Both the position numbers and the translations under genes were made by a program. The notes below the pieces were generated by a model, which did not search any database, was not told the origin of the DNA, and worked only from the letters and a program-made list of their open reading frames with translations. From Squalus acanthias (lineage: Eukaryota), in NCBI GenBank assembly GCA_030390025.1, contig CM059432.1, positions 30,506,001 through 30,570,000 on the forward strand: a stretch of 64,000 bases of DNA, in the 5' to 3' direction. Positions 24,612 to 37,508 of the stretch are shown piece after piece; the stretch's first letter is position 1; each line of letters starts with the position of its first letter.

Positions 24612-25030
24612 ACACGGTGGCATAGTGGTTAGCACTGGTGTCTCACAGCGCCAGGGACCCGGGTTTGAATCTGACCTCGGGTGACTGTCTGTGTGGAGTT
24701 TGCACATTCTCCCCGTGTCTGCGTGGGTTTCCTCCGGGTGCTCCGGTTTCCTCCCACAGTCCAAAAATGTGCGGTTAGGTTGATTTGGCTATGATAAATT
24801 GACCCTTAGTGTTAGGGGGGGATTAAATATGTGGGGATAGGATGGGATATGTTAGGGGGAATTAAATACATGGGGTTACGGGGGTAGGGTGGGATATGTG
24901 TACTGTGGGGATTAAAGCAGGGACAGGGTACTGGATTTGGATGATCAGCCATGATCGTATTGAATGGTGGAGCAGGCTCGACGGGCCGAATGGCCTACTC
25001 CTGCTCCTAGATTCTATGTTTCTATGTTTT
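24612..25030 (+). mobile_element. V-SINE (HE1-like) with CR1-derived 3' tail
   Basis: tRNA A/B-box head GGTGGCATAGTGGTTAGCAC...GGGTTTGAATC; V-domain TGTGTGGAGTTTGCACATTCTCCCCGTGTCTGCGTGGGTTTCCTCCGGGTGCTCCGGTTTCCTCCCAC; CR1 tail GGGCCGAATGGCCTACTCCTGCTCC. Confidence 0.88.
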
Positions 25031-25559
25031 CTATGCCCTCAATGGAACTCACATCAGCTCTTCGCTGGCAAGAGTTCAGCTGGCCTAACGGGGGCTAGTG
25101 GGGGAAATTCCCAGGGTACCACAACAACTTGGATTTATATGAATAACCTGGGAACTCTCCCTGAAATGTCCACATCACAATCTTTGGATATAATGGGAAT
25201 GGGCAGAAGATTCACCCGTCCCTCTCTGCTGAACAGAATTTGGGACAGAATTTAAATGAGGCAGAAACTTAGTGGATCCGGTTCCACTCCAAATAGCGGT
25301 CCCCCCTCCCTCCGCCTGCCTTATGTCCATCCTGCCCCCCAGAATTCCAGGCCCAAAGACTTTCTCTCAAAGCTATCTGGATGGCTGGGGCTGCAGGTTG
25401 ACCTTTACTGTCTAGTTCTTGATCTTGCTGCACCACTATGGCGGAGGTACTTCTGGCAATCAACCAACATGGCATACTTCCTATCAAATAGAAAAGAGTA
25501 GCATTGAGAAAGGTCTAGGAGCAGATTAGCCATCCACCTCTTCACATTGTAGAGTTTAT

Positions 25560-26225
25560 TTTTATATTTATTCTCAGGATGTGGACATCATTGGCGAGGC
25601 CAGTATTTATTGCCTAACCCTCGTTGCCCTTGAGAAGTGGTGGTGATCCTTTTTTTAACCACTGTAGACCATGTACTCCCAGTGCTGTTAGGGAGGGACT
25701 TCCAGGATTTTGACCCAGCGACGATGAAGGAACGGCAATATGTCTCTAAGTCGGAATGGTGTGGCGTAGAAAAGGACTTGAAGGTGATGGTGTTCCCATG
25801 CACTGTGGCCCTTGTCCTTCTAGGTGGTGGAGGTCATGGGTTTGGGAGGTGCTGTCGAAGAAACCTTAGCAAGTTGCTGCAGTGCAGCCTGTAGATAGTA
25901 CACACTGCAGCCACGGTGCGCCAGTGGTGGAGGGAGTGGATTTTTAAGGTGGTGGATGGGCTGACAATCAAGTGGACTGCTTTGTCCTGGATGCTGTCGA
26001 GCTTCTTGAGTCTTGTTGCAGTCACCCATCCAAGCAAGTGGAGGGTATTCCATCACAGTCCTGACTTGTGCCTTTTAGGTGGTGGAGAAGCTTTGGGGAC
26101 TCAGGAGGTGAGACACTCGCCGCAGAATACTCAACCTCTGACCTCCTCGAGTAGCCACGGCATTTATGTGGCTGGTCTAGTTGAGTTTCTGGTCAATGAC
26201 AGCCCCCATGATGTTGATGGTGAGT
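25560..26225 (-). mobile_element. Zenon-like CR1 LINE 3' fragment
   Basis: Reverse-complement match to ~20500-21150 (IHSLHHWRTVAAVCTIY, RSFIVAGSKSW). Confidence 0.8.
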
Positions 26226-29200
26226 TACCCAATGAATTCTGCTCTCATCCCTAAGAAGGCTCCTCGAGCAGAAATTCTGGTACATTTAGATAGAATATAG
26301 CATAAAGCTACTGTCTGATGGGTGATCCTTCTGTGACCTCTCTCTCTATCACAACCCTTCTTATCCCTCTATGTTATTGGTACTACTTTGGTCAATGCTC
26401 CTGTGAACTGGGTACTCTTGTGATTCTTGAGCTCTGAATATACTGACCTGCATATTTTACCTCCTCCCTTTATCCTCACTACATTGAGATTAAGACTCAT
26501 TCACTGTCTTCCACTCTAACTCATTCTTTCCCAGGACCACAACACTTACCTCCTTCTTCCCTCTGTGGATGTGGCAGATTGAGATCCGTGAGTCATAAGA
26601 TTTTTCATGCAGAGCATTACTATTAGCCCAGGCTTGGTACCAGTAAGGATGTGGAGGTGTAAAGTTTGTTAATTTATTTTTGTATCTGAGGAAGAAGCAT
26701 GAATTAAATGTTCTGTAAAACACTGTAATCTGTTATTACTCATAAATCTGTTCCATAGATTATAGCCAAAACAATGATCCAATGGAGTGTTTAATATCCT
26801 GGTTTCTGAAGTCTAGGAGATCACAATAAGGCTTGTGTCATATCCAATAATCTAAATAGGTGACAAGGTTTTTTGTTCAATCACTAGGCTCACTACAGTG
26901 CCAGACACTGGGTATATAAAGGTACAGTCCGGTTCGAAGGGAGTGAGGGCTTGCTTTCAGGAGTAGTCTTCGACTTTGAGTACGAGTAAAATAGCTTGAG
27001 GAAAAACTCAATAGATGAGACACGGCTGCTCCAAAACTTTACATCTACCTCACACTTTCCGACCCTGTGCCATATGAGTTGGCTTTTGAAATAAGTTTAC
27101 CAGTTGAAGAAAACAACAGCATATGGCAGCTGTGTGCCAAGGTAAAACTGACTAACAAATAAACAGATTAGACTGATTGTGCCTCTTGCACAATGTACGT
27201 TTTAGCTGTTTTGTGCTAAAATCTCTCTTGTAAACATTGGGGAGATGAGAAATCTGCAGCTGCAAGCACTCCAAACTCCATGCATGGGGCCTGTCAGCAC
27301 AGCATGCCTCTCTTTAATTCAATCGGCCTGATTTGTATTATCCGATGCCAAGCAAATGTAGTGCCAAGAGCTGGCGCATAACTTATTTATATATTGTTTT
27401 AAAACAACTTGTGGTACAGCTTCAGTGAGGAGATGGTGCTGAATGGCCAAAATTCTGTTATCTGTCGATCACTGAGTTGAGTTTGTAACTGAAAATACCG
27501 ATGAGCCCATTCTGGATTTATTTCCATTTTTCTTAAATTGAACCCCGTTTGCACGAGTTTAGTTTCCAACTCGCCTGTCCCCTTAAATACCCAGCTGCCA
27601 TATTCTTAAAGGTGCATGGTGCATGTACACCGACGCGTCTCAAAATTTGTAAGGGATTTGGAGCTGGAGCCTTAATTCTTTTGTTAAAGATTATCATTCG
27701 GTGTGATGCAGTGGCACTGAATGGTGATGGATGCTGGCGCAAGTCTCCTCAGTTCCTGATCAGTGGCTCATCATGGCTATGAGCGGAGGATCTGGCATCT
27801 CTCAGTTGTGAGGGTGGGGGGAATTGGAAGGGAGAGTTATGGCGGGGAAACTGGCACTTTATGGCAGTGAGTTAAGTGGCTTTTGGTGAGGGCGAGGCCA
27901 GGAAGACAAAGGATAAGGGATGAGAAAATACAAAATAAATATAGGGGGAAATCAAGCCTGATACTTCCATTAACAATAAAATAAAAATACAGTTTTTAAA
28001 TTAACTCTGGTGCATTTGTGTGTGTGTCTCCTGTCCTAGGGCTGGAGCGTTGATCCCAATCACTACTGATTAGTGGAGTTAACTGTCATCACAAAATTAG
28101 ATTTATCAATCGAACAAAAATTACAAATACTGGAAATCTGATATAAAAGTATAAAATGCTGGAAATATACAGCAGGTTCATCGGCATCTGAAAAAAAGTA
28201 AGGTTAATGTATAGGAACGAACAAGGTAAAGGGAGAGAGAGAAGAAAGTTTACTCACCACTGGGCAATCCTTCCATCTCACTGTGGTCACTTAGCTTTAC
28301 ATTGCATTATGCTTCCTGCTGAACCCACTGCAGAGGTGGCATGGGGCTCATCTCGAGTTTTCATCTCAGCATTTCTCCTCTAGGTCCTTCTCCTCATTCA
28401 AACACGTCTCTCCCTCTGCCACTCTTCCCATTTCTCCTTCAGTTGCTTCTGAATTTATTGTGCATTTATGCTTTGACTGTACATCCTTTAGAGACTGGGT
28501 GGTGCTATGGGTAAGTACATTATTATTTAATCTCTGGGCCCTTAGTCCGTATATAGCCCACGGCGATGGGATGATAGCTTATGGCGGTTGTTAGGGTCAG
28601 GAAGTTTCAATTCAGTTCCCAATGGATAAGCCCCACTGAAGAAAACTTTCCAAAACATGTGCAAAACCAACAATCGTACTCCGAGTGCTTTCACATGACT
28701 GGTGTGGGAAGTTAAAGATTCACATTAGTGCAACAAGGACTACTAATCAGAAAGTGAGGTTAAGACAGTGGAACAAGATCCAGTTCATGTTGTACTCAAC
28801 CTAGGATTGCTTTCTGCTGACAACTGGATGCTTGTTAACTGATGCCTTCCACCTTGTTGATTGCAGGAAGTCAACACCACCAATTCCTTTTAAATGTCCA
28901 AATCATTAGAAAATGGCAATTTTAGCACGTTGGTTCTCATTGTTGCTTTACTATATTAGGAACGCTCAGGTCAAACTGTACAGCAAATGTCAAACTCCAT
29001 CAGTTCACACGCTCCTTACTCCATGAACATCCACTTGATTCCTCCGGGTGATAATGTAATATAAGAACTCCTGCAACATATCTCATTATTAGCAGCATTG
29101 AAGTGGGACTGGCACCAGAGGAGCTTAAGTTGAGCAAGTGCAGTCAGACTCCAAGTAAAAATAATTTTTTATATCTCTGTGCGCTTTTCAACAACTGACA

Positions 29201-29359
29201 GGAATGATTGATTTAGATAGTCAAGAGGGATTTTTAATATACAAATAAAATCACATATGTAAGTAATTGCATGTTCTCTCACAGCTTGACGAGAACATGA
29301 AAAAGATAAACTGAGTGAAGCACTTGTCCAATGGCTGGTGGACTGGCTACATGAAAGAA

Positions 29360-29740
29360 AGGACTTTACTTAGCGCCTTTCACAACCCCAGGACGTCCCA
29401 AAGTTCTTCACAGTCACTTTTTTTGAAGTGTAGCCACTAGTTGTAATGCAGGAAATGTGGCAGCCAATTTGCGCACAGCATGGTCCCACAAACAGCAATG
29501 TGATAATGACCAGTTAAACTGTTTATAGTGATGTTGGTTGAGGGATAAACAACTCCCCTGCTCTTCTTCAAAAGGTGCCACGGGATCTTTTATGTCCAGA
29601 TGAGAGGGCAGGCAGGGCCTTGATTTAGAATCTCATTCAAAATACGGCACCTTCGAGGAGTCATCCTGGATTATGTGCTCAAGTCTCTGGAGTGGGACTT
29701 GAACCCACAATCTTCTGATTCAGAGGCAAGAGTGCTACCA
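29360..29740 (-). mobile_element. Deu-domain SINE
   Basis: Similar to 19660-20110. Confidence 0.8.
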
Positions 29741-30274
29741 TTTTTTTAATATGGATTTATTCAACATTTAAAATATTTATAACATTTATTCCACTGTATC
29801 ATATAAATTCATTCCGCCACTCTGCACACTCATTCCTCCACCACTTACTAACATCAAAAACTGAAGTTTAATTTGTCTCCCGTGACATAGCCAAGGCTGA
29901 CACCAGGCTGGTTGGTATGATCCTGACTTTACCACTTTTTTAAATCAAAAAAAATGTGTGCATTTCCCTGCAATTACATTACGCATGTCCATAATATAGC
30001 TCAGAAAGTTAAGGAGGGATCGAATAGAAGTGTTCAAAGTTATGAAAGGGTTTGAGAGGATAAATAGTGAGAAATTATTTCCACTGTTCATGAAACGAGG
30101 AGACATAGGTTTACGATTAGTGCTGAAATATAAAGGCGGTGGGCAGAATTGTAGTATTGGAATCCATTACCACAAGTGACTGTTGGAGTCGAGTCAATTA
30201 TGGCATTTAGATAAGCACTTGAAGAAAAAAATGTAAAAGGAATATAGACAGGAAAATTGGATTAGAGAAAATGG

Positions 30275-30990
30275 GCTCGGGCTCCCTGTGAAGAGTGGAC
30301 ATTCTGCTCGGGCTCCCTGTGTGAAGTGGACATTCTGCTCAGGCTCCCTGTGAAGAGTGGACATTCTGCTCGGGCTCCCTGTGTGAAGTGGACATTCTGC
30401 TCGGGCTCCCTGTGAAGAGTGGACATTCTGCTCAGGCTCCCTGTGTGGAGTGGACATTCTGCTCGGGCTCCCTGTGAAGAGTGGACATTCTGCTCAGGCT
30501 CCCTGTGTGAAGTGGACATTCTGCTCGGGCTCCCTGTGAAGAGTGGACATTCTGCTCAGGCTCCCTGTGAAGAGTGGACATTCTGCTCGGGCTCCCTGTG
30601 TGAAGTGGACATTCTGCTCGGGCTCCCTGTGTGAAGTGGACATTCTGCTCAGGCTCCCTGTGAAGAGTGGACATTCTGCTTGGGCTCCCTGTGTGAAGTG
30701 AACATTCTGCTCGGGCTTCCTGTGTGAAGTGGACATTCTGCTCGGGCTCCCTCTGAAGAGTGGACATTCTGCTCAGGCTCCCTGTGAAGAGTGGACATTC
30801 TGCTCGGGCTCCCTGTGTGAAGTGGACATTCTGCTCGGGCTCCCTGTGAAGAGTGGACATTCTGCTCGGGCTCCCTCTGAAGAGTGGACATTCTGCTCAG
30901 GCTCCCTGTGTGGAGTGGACATTCTGCTCAGGCTTCCTGTGTGGAGTGGACATTCTGCTCAGGCTCCCTGTGTGTGGTGGATATTCTGCT
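30275..30990. repeat. Minisatellite, 31-bp unit, ~23 copies
   Basis: CTCRGGCTCCCTGTG(AAGA/TGAA/TGGA)GTGGACATTCTG repeated head to tail. Confidence 0.95.
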
Positions 30991-32097
30991 GGAACCTACT
31001 CTGCTTATTTAAATGACCCCAAACCAGAAAAATGGGTCGCTGTTTAGTTCCCCATGAGTTTCAAAAAGTTGCTGGATTTGTGGTGTAAATACAAATTAAA
31101 CTCGGCGCGGAAAGTTAGGGCTGGTATTTTTTGACGGAAGGACCTTTTTAATGACGAGATTTATGTTCCTGCAATGCCACTCAACCTTGAAGGCCCAGAA
31201 AGGGAACAATTGAAACTGTGGAGTCCCATTCCTGCAGGTAGTAAATCGTTCCTAGAGGTTTTTAAAATTTTAAATAAAAAAAAAATTCTTACTTCTTCCT
31301 TTTTGTCTTTTTTTCTCTCTCATGTAATCCAATCTATCTTTCCATCTCTTTATTTCTCTTTCCGAATCTAATTTGACTCCAATGCACCCTATTTCCTTCT
31401 TCGTCATTTGCTCTGTTTCTTTCTCTATTCTTAAATCTAATTGGCTCAGGTAATAGATGGTTGGTCCCATCGTTCACCAAGGTCCCAGATGCCTCGTTAT
31501 CAATGAATGCTTCCAGCCATTGGCGGCGCAAAATTCATTGGAGCTGAAGGTGAGGGAAAAAAATACAACTCATGGTTTTCACCGCGAGATGGCCTCGCTC
31601 CAGCAAGATCCAGCCCAATAAATCTCATGCTTCATTTTAGAAAGAGCATTAGTGTTTGGAAAGATTTTATTGTTCAATGCCGAATGAGTTTTGGGAAATG
31701 AAGTCAGTATTTTAAGCTCGAAGAGTAGTGATGCCTACCTTCCTTTTTCTCTGAAGCGCCGTAGGACATTTTTCTATGTTAAAGGCATGATATAAATGCA
31801 AGTTGTTGTTGTCTTAACACTTAAGAAGCAAATTACTTTCATTTTATTACCTTTGGAATGGGAACCATGGGAGATATTTAGACCAATTTCAATTAGGGTT
31901 TAATACATCGACTCAATGAAATACATGTTCACAATAAACCTTTCATGTTGTTGCAAATGGTTATGATAGAGCTGGGATTTATCGACATACAGGAAAGGAC
32001 TTTTGGGAAATGTCTAATGTATTTGTAAATGTAATGATCCATTGTTTTCTTGCAAGAGGCATTACTGTACATATCTGTCTATGTAAGAAAACTTTCT

Positions 32098-32928
32098 GGG
32101 GGCTTAAATTGGCTAACCCCCGAAAACGCCTGTGGGGATCGTGGTACGCGATTAACCAGTGCCCATTCATTGCGTTGCAGGCAGCATGTTAAATTGGTGC
32201 TGCCTACTGCTTTCAAATATTTCTGCATGTAGCCAGCACTGCCCATGCTGTGCATTGGCTGCACGCATCAGCAGGGGGGCCCAATATCGCGAGTGGCTAG
32301 CGCGACTTAAAGGGAGTCTGTACCTCTTAAAGTGGAGGTGCATTGTGGCTGCAAGAAGTGGTGGGAGATTTTTGAAAAGTGAATTTGGGCTGTGATACTT
32401 TGAGGAATGGCTGAACATGCGAAAGAGTGTGCATCAACGTTTTGTGACAATGCACTGGAGGTCTTGGTGGAAGAGGTGGAAAGAAGGAGAATATTCAGTA
32501 TCCAGAGGCCCTCAAGAAGGCAGTGAGAAGAAGTAATGGCAGAAGTCAATGCCAGGAGTGTTGCTCCAAGAACTTGGATGCAGTGCAGGAAGAAGTTTAA
32601 CGATCTGACACGAGTTGTTATGATAGGTGAGTTCATCTTCAAATGGCATATCCTACCAACTGCACCACTAGCCTCATCCACTGCTCAATTCATTACGTAC
32701 CCATCAATCACCTACCAACCATATCAATCAGTACTCAACCCTTCAATTCATACAGTTTATCTCACCCTCACACACTTAGCACTGTTGCAAGCCTCACACC
32801 CACTACTCACAGCTCGCACACACTGGCATGACAGCCACATCACCCAAACATTTTACAGGACATTCACTGACACACTTCCCTCTTTCTTGCAGGAGAAGGT
32901 GGCGCATAACAGGAGGCAGCAAGAAATG
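32098..32928 (+). pseudogene. Harbinger left end with degenerate Myb/SANT exon 1 (32407-32626), intron and start of exon 2 (32893)
   Basis: NALEVLVEEV...EVNARSVAPRTWMQCRKKFNDLTR; GTGAGT donor at 32627; TTGCAG|GAGAAGGTGGCGCATAAC; same subfamily as 15282-17028. Confidence 0.78.
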
Positions 32929-32929
32929 G

Positions 32930-33670
32930 TGAAAAGCTAGAAGCAGTGGAGGTCCAAAGAGACTTAGGGGTCCATGTACATAGATTATTAAAATGCCATG
33001 ACAGGTACAAAAAATAATCAAGAAGGCTAATGCAAAGCTGGCCTAGAGGACTAGAATACAAGGGTTTAGAAGTCATGCTGCAGCTATACAAAGCCCTGGT
33101 TAGAACACACTGGAGTACTGTGAGCAGTTCTGGACACCATGCCTTAGGAAGGATATATTAGCTTCGGAGGGAGTGCAGCGTAGATTTATTAGAATGTAAC
33201 CTGGACTCCAAGGGTTAAATTACGATGATTGATTACACAAACTAGGGTTGTATTCCCTGGAATTTAGAAGATTGAGGAGATTAAGGAATTAAGTAGATTT
33301 GATCAAAGTTTTCAAGATATTAAGGGGAACTCAAATGAGAAGTCGCACAACACCAGGTTATAGTCCAACAGTTTTATTTAAAATTACGAGCTTTCGGAGC
33401 TGCTGCCCCTTCGTCAGGTAAAGGTCAGGTAAGGGGAACTGATAGGATAGATAGAGAGAATCTATGTCCGCTAGTTGGGGAATCTAGGACTAGGGGACAT
33501 AGCCTAAAAATTAGAGCCAGGCTTTCTGGAGTGAAATTAGGAAACACTTCTACATACAAAGGGTGGTAGAAGTTTGGATCTCTCTTCCGCAAATGGCTCT
33601 TGATGGTGGGACAATTGTTGATTTTAAATCTGAGGTTGATAGATTTCTGTTAACCAAAGGTGTTAAGGGA
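32930..33670 (+). mobile_element. CR1 LINE fragment, interrupted by a hammerhead-bearing insert
   Basis: Degenerate QRDLGVHVH...LVR.HLEYC.QFW...FYIQRVVEVW sequence. Confidence 0.85.
33332..33429 (-). mobile_element. 98-bp PLE-type insertion with minimal hammerhead ribozyme motif and 11-bp TSD
   Basis: TSD TAAGGGGAACT at 33321-33331 and 33430-33440; minus strand UAC-CUGACGA-A-GGGGC agca GCUCC-GAAA-GCUC-GUA. Confidence 0.85.
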
Positions 33671-34414
33671 GATTTGACGGTTGAGGCTAGGGTTGTATGG
33701 GACTGGGGACAGGGAGGGAGAAGGACGTGGTCCTTTGGATTTAAGCCTGATGACTGAGTTATTACGCTACTGCCCTGACATATATCTTGCACCAATCTAA
33801 GGATAAATTCACTGTTGCTGTGCTCCCAGTGTGGAGCAACTCCCAAAGGACAGCATACGTTAGCGATAAGGCTACAACACTGTAGTGCCAATGCTCTGAC
33901 CCGCAGTCTGTTTGAGCGCAGGTCCCCTCTGTGACACGAGATCAGAGAGTTTGGCCTCTAGCCCGAATGCACTACATATTCCGAAGTATAATTGTCAACT
34001 TAATTCTGAGTTATAATGTAACTATAAAAATCATTATCTGTATATTAAATAACCACTGCACCATTTTTGCAGAATGTTTTTACACATGGTGTACGAATGC
34101 AACACTCTATCACATGTAATTTGCTTTAATATCATCAAAGTACTCCCCCAAATGACCTCTGCTCCCAGGTTGTAAAACAAGAATGTAACTCTGCCTTTTA
34201 TGGTACATTCTTGCAGTGCGTCCAACTAAAGAATTTGAAATGCTAGACAGTCATAAAAACAAGATTGGAATTGTAGACTTTGACACTGGCTGTCCTCTCT
34301 GGATAGTCAGAGGGTTACATTCATGTTAAATTCTGATTGAACCAGCAGCTTTTATACTGGATTGGATACAGAGCAACAGTTTTATCCATATTACTATGGT
34401 CACTTATGTTCCTG

Positions 34415-35890
34415 GGTCAGCCATGGCTCAGTGGTAGCAATGTCTCCTCTGAGTTAGAAGGTTATGGGTTCAAGTTCCACTCCAGAGACTAGAGCATATA
34501 ATCTAGGCTGACAATCCAGTGCCGTATTGAGAGGATGCTGCACTATCGGTGGTGCCGTCTATTGGATGAGATGTTAAACCTCGTCTGCCCTCTCAGGTGG
34601 ATGTCACAGAGTCATGACGGCACAGAAAGAGGCCATTCGGCCTATCGAGTCAGTGCCGGTTCTCTGTAGAGCAATCCAGTCAGTCCCATTCCCCGCTCTA
34701 TCCCCGTAGCCCTGCAAGTTTATTTCCCTCAAGCCTATCCAGTCTCCCTTTGAAAACATTGAGTGTCTCCACTTCCACCACTTCCGTCGGCAGCGAGTTC
34801 CAGGTCCTCACCACTCGCTGCGTAAAAAAGTTTTTCCTCACATCCCCCCTGTATCTCTTGCCCAAAACCTTAAATCTGTGTCCCCTAGTCATTGTACCAT
34901 CAACTAGTGGGAACAGCCTTTCCTCGTCTAGCCTATCCAAACCCATCATAATCTTGAACACCTCTATCAAATCACCCCTCAACCTCCTTTGCTCTAATGA
35001 AAACAAATCTAGCTTCTCCAACCTGTCCTTGTAGCTAAGATCCCCCATCCCCGGAACCATTCTGGTAAATCTCCTCTGCACCCTCTCAAGGGCCTTCACA
35101 TCCTTCCTAAAGTGTGGTGACCAGAACTGGACGCAATACTCCAGTTGTGGCCTAACCAGTGCTTTATAAAGGTTCAGCATTACTTCTCTACTTTTGTACT
35201 CAATACCTCTATTTATGAAGCCCAAGATCTCATATGCTTTGCTAACCACTCTCTCAATATGTCCTGCCACCTTCAGGGACCTATGCACATTAACTCCCAG
35301 GTCTCTCTGTCCCTGCACGCTCTTTAAAACTGTGCCATTAAGTGTATATTGCCTCTCCCTGTTCCTTCTGAGAAAATGCATCACCTCACACTTCTCTGTA
35401 TTAAATTCCATCTGCCACTTGTCTGCCCATTCTGCTAGCCTTTCTGTGTCCTGTTGCAGTCGATTGGTATCATCCTCACTGTTCGCCACACCCCCAAGTT
35501 TGGTGTCATCGACAAATTTAGAAATTCTACTCTGTATTCCAATATCCAGGTCATTTATATATATCAAAAAAGCAGTGGCCCCAGCACTGACCCTTGGGGA
35601 ACACCACTGTCTACCATCCTCCAGTCTGAAAAACAGCCATTTACTATGTAAAAGATTCCACGGCACTATTCGAAGAAGAGCAGCGGAGTTCTCCCTGGTG
35701 TCCTGGCCAATTTATCCCTCAACAAACATCACTAAAACAGAATATCTGGTCATTATCACATTGTTGTTTGTAGAACCTTGCTGTGTGAAAATTGCCTGAA
35801 GTCTTTCCTATGTCACAACAGCGACCACACGTCAAAAGTACGTCATTGGCTATAAAGCACTTTGGGGATGTGAAAGGCACAAGTTCTTTC
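34415..35890 (+). mobile_element. Deu-SINE split by a CR1 insertion (SINE parts ~34415-34605 and ~35646-35890)
   Basis: ...CTCTCAGGTGGATGT | CR1 | ATGTAAAAGATTCCACGGCACTATTCGAAGAAGAG rejoins the SINE consensus. Confidence 0.8.
34606..35645 (-). mobile_element. CR1 LINE 3' part (RT C-terminus open over ~290 codons)
   Basis: ORF 34698-35666: IYINDLD...KFVDDTKLGG...RPQLEYCVQFWSP...FFTQRVVRTWNSLP. Confidence 0.93.
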
Positions 35891-37005
35891 TTTCTTGTTC
35901 CTCCTAGCCTCCAAATATGCGCTTGCCCTTCTCTGCATTCTTACCGTGCCAAAAATCAATGCCTTGAAATGAGGGTTGAGTACTAGCGTATGATCGTTTG
36001 TATCCTTTTAATATAGACGTTGAGCTACTTATTTTAAATGGGTTAATGCCTCCATTAAAAAAAAACAAGGGAAGGATTTTCATACTCCAAAATCTGGAGG
36101 GAATTTTCCAAGTTTGCATTGCTGGTGGGAGCCCCAGCACAGGCTTCAGATATCGTGAGATTGCAGGCATGGTGCCCATGATTATCCGTTCATTAAAATG
36201 GAGGGATGGACAATCATGGCCACCACACCCTTGATTTCCCCACATGTGCTCTCAGTGAGTGAGGCTCCACACCAGCAGCACAAACTCAGAAAATCGACCC
36301 TCTACTTTCACGACACGTAACCCATCGCACTCTCTCCAACTCTTAACTCAATCTTTTTTTCAGAACCCAAAAAACCATGGAACTTCTTTCTTTCTCTCAG
36401 ACTTCTCTTCCTGGTACAATCTTCTGGATTTAAATCCCAAGCTTTTGATTTACTTTATCTTCCCTCCCACTCTTCAGCCTTGGTGTTGTCCTGCACTATG
36501 AACCTCACCAAGGTTTTATCCATGTAAAATAAAAGTTAAAGCGATCATTTTTCTCTGTCCAATACTTCAACATAGCAGCTGCTGAAGGCACCAGACCCAT
36601 TAGCTGACACGTCTCTTGCCCTGCTGCATTCAATCCTGAACATTTCCCTTATTTGTGTTTTTTCTGGAATGATTATTATTTTTTAAATCTTTATTACATG
36701 ACATGAGAAGGTTTCAGCTGAAAAACACTCTACACGGACAGAGCACTGTGTTCACTTCTGGTCAGCAAGGTACAAGTGGAAACCATTCAAACCCTGGACG
36801 TAGTGCAGAGAGGGGCCATTAGGCTGACCTTAGTGTCAGGGAATGATAAATCAGAATTGGTTAGAAAGATAAGGGGGTATAAATTTGTCTTAGACAGTAG
36901 TGCAAACTCGGGCGATAGTGATCGGTAGCCCGTTTTACACTCTGCCCGATGTTCTTTTCCATTGAAACTGAGCAGAATGCAAAACAGGCTGTTGATTACT
37001 GGGAT

Positions 37006-37227
37006 AACAACAGAAAATGCTGGAAACACTCAGCAGGCCAGGCAGCATCTGTGGAGAGAGAAACAGAGTTAACGTTTCAGGTCTGTGACCCTTCATCAGA
37101 ACTGGAAAAAGCTGGAGATGTAACAGATATTAAGCAGGTGCAGAGACAGGGGGCGGGGGGTTGGGTGGGAGGGGAGGAAGGAATTGAAGGAATATACTGT
37201 GCTGAGGTAAGAGGCAGGAAAGATAAA
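37006..37227 (-). mobile_element. Penelope-like element terminal part with hammerhead motif (37067-37103); continues at 41497
   Basis: Minus strand AGUU-CUGAUGA-AG-GGUC aca GACC-U-GAAA-CGUU-AACU; contiguous with the GIY-YIG region once the Harbinger is removed. Confidence 0.78.
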
Positions 37228-37508
37228 GGGCTGGATTTTGTCTTGGGGTCAGGTTGGGGTCATGTTACACGCATTTCGTGTTGCCCCCACCCGACTCCAG
37301 ATTAATGTGGATGAATGATGCGATTTTAACTTAATTGGCCAGTTGAGTTCCAACATGTGGGAACCCATGGCCAATGAGTTATTCCAGTCTGAAAGTTGCC
37401 TCCGATGATGTCATCATTGCTGCTGCATTTAAGGTCTGCAACAAGCCTTGCTTCCTCTGCAGGCTGCCAAGCTTTTGGACCTCTGATCTAAAGGCACCTG
37501 CAGCAGGA

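Noticed and set aside
28495..28860. LF-SINE-like remnant
   Set aside because: Resemblance too degenerate to support without an alignment
30194..31047. Repetitive ORFs and possible CRISPR-like array
   Set aside because: Head-to-tail 31-bp minisatellite without unique spacers; ORFs in many frames are a by-product; eukaryotic context, no cas genes
31118..31617. MITE sharing the GGGCTGG/CCAGCCC TIR with the autonomous Harbinger
   Set aside because: Left boundary and TSD do not match; likely MITE debris but cannot be delimited
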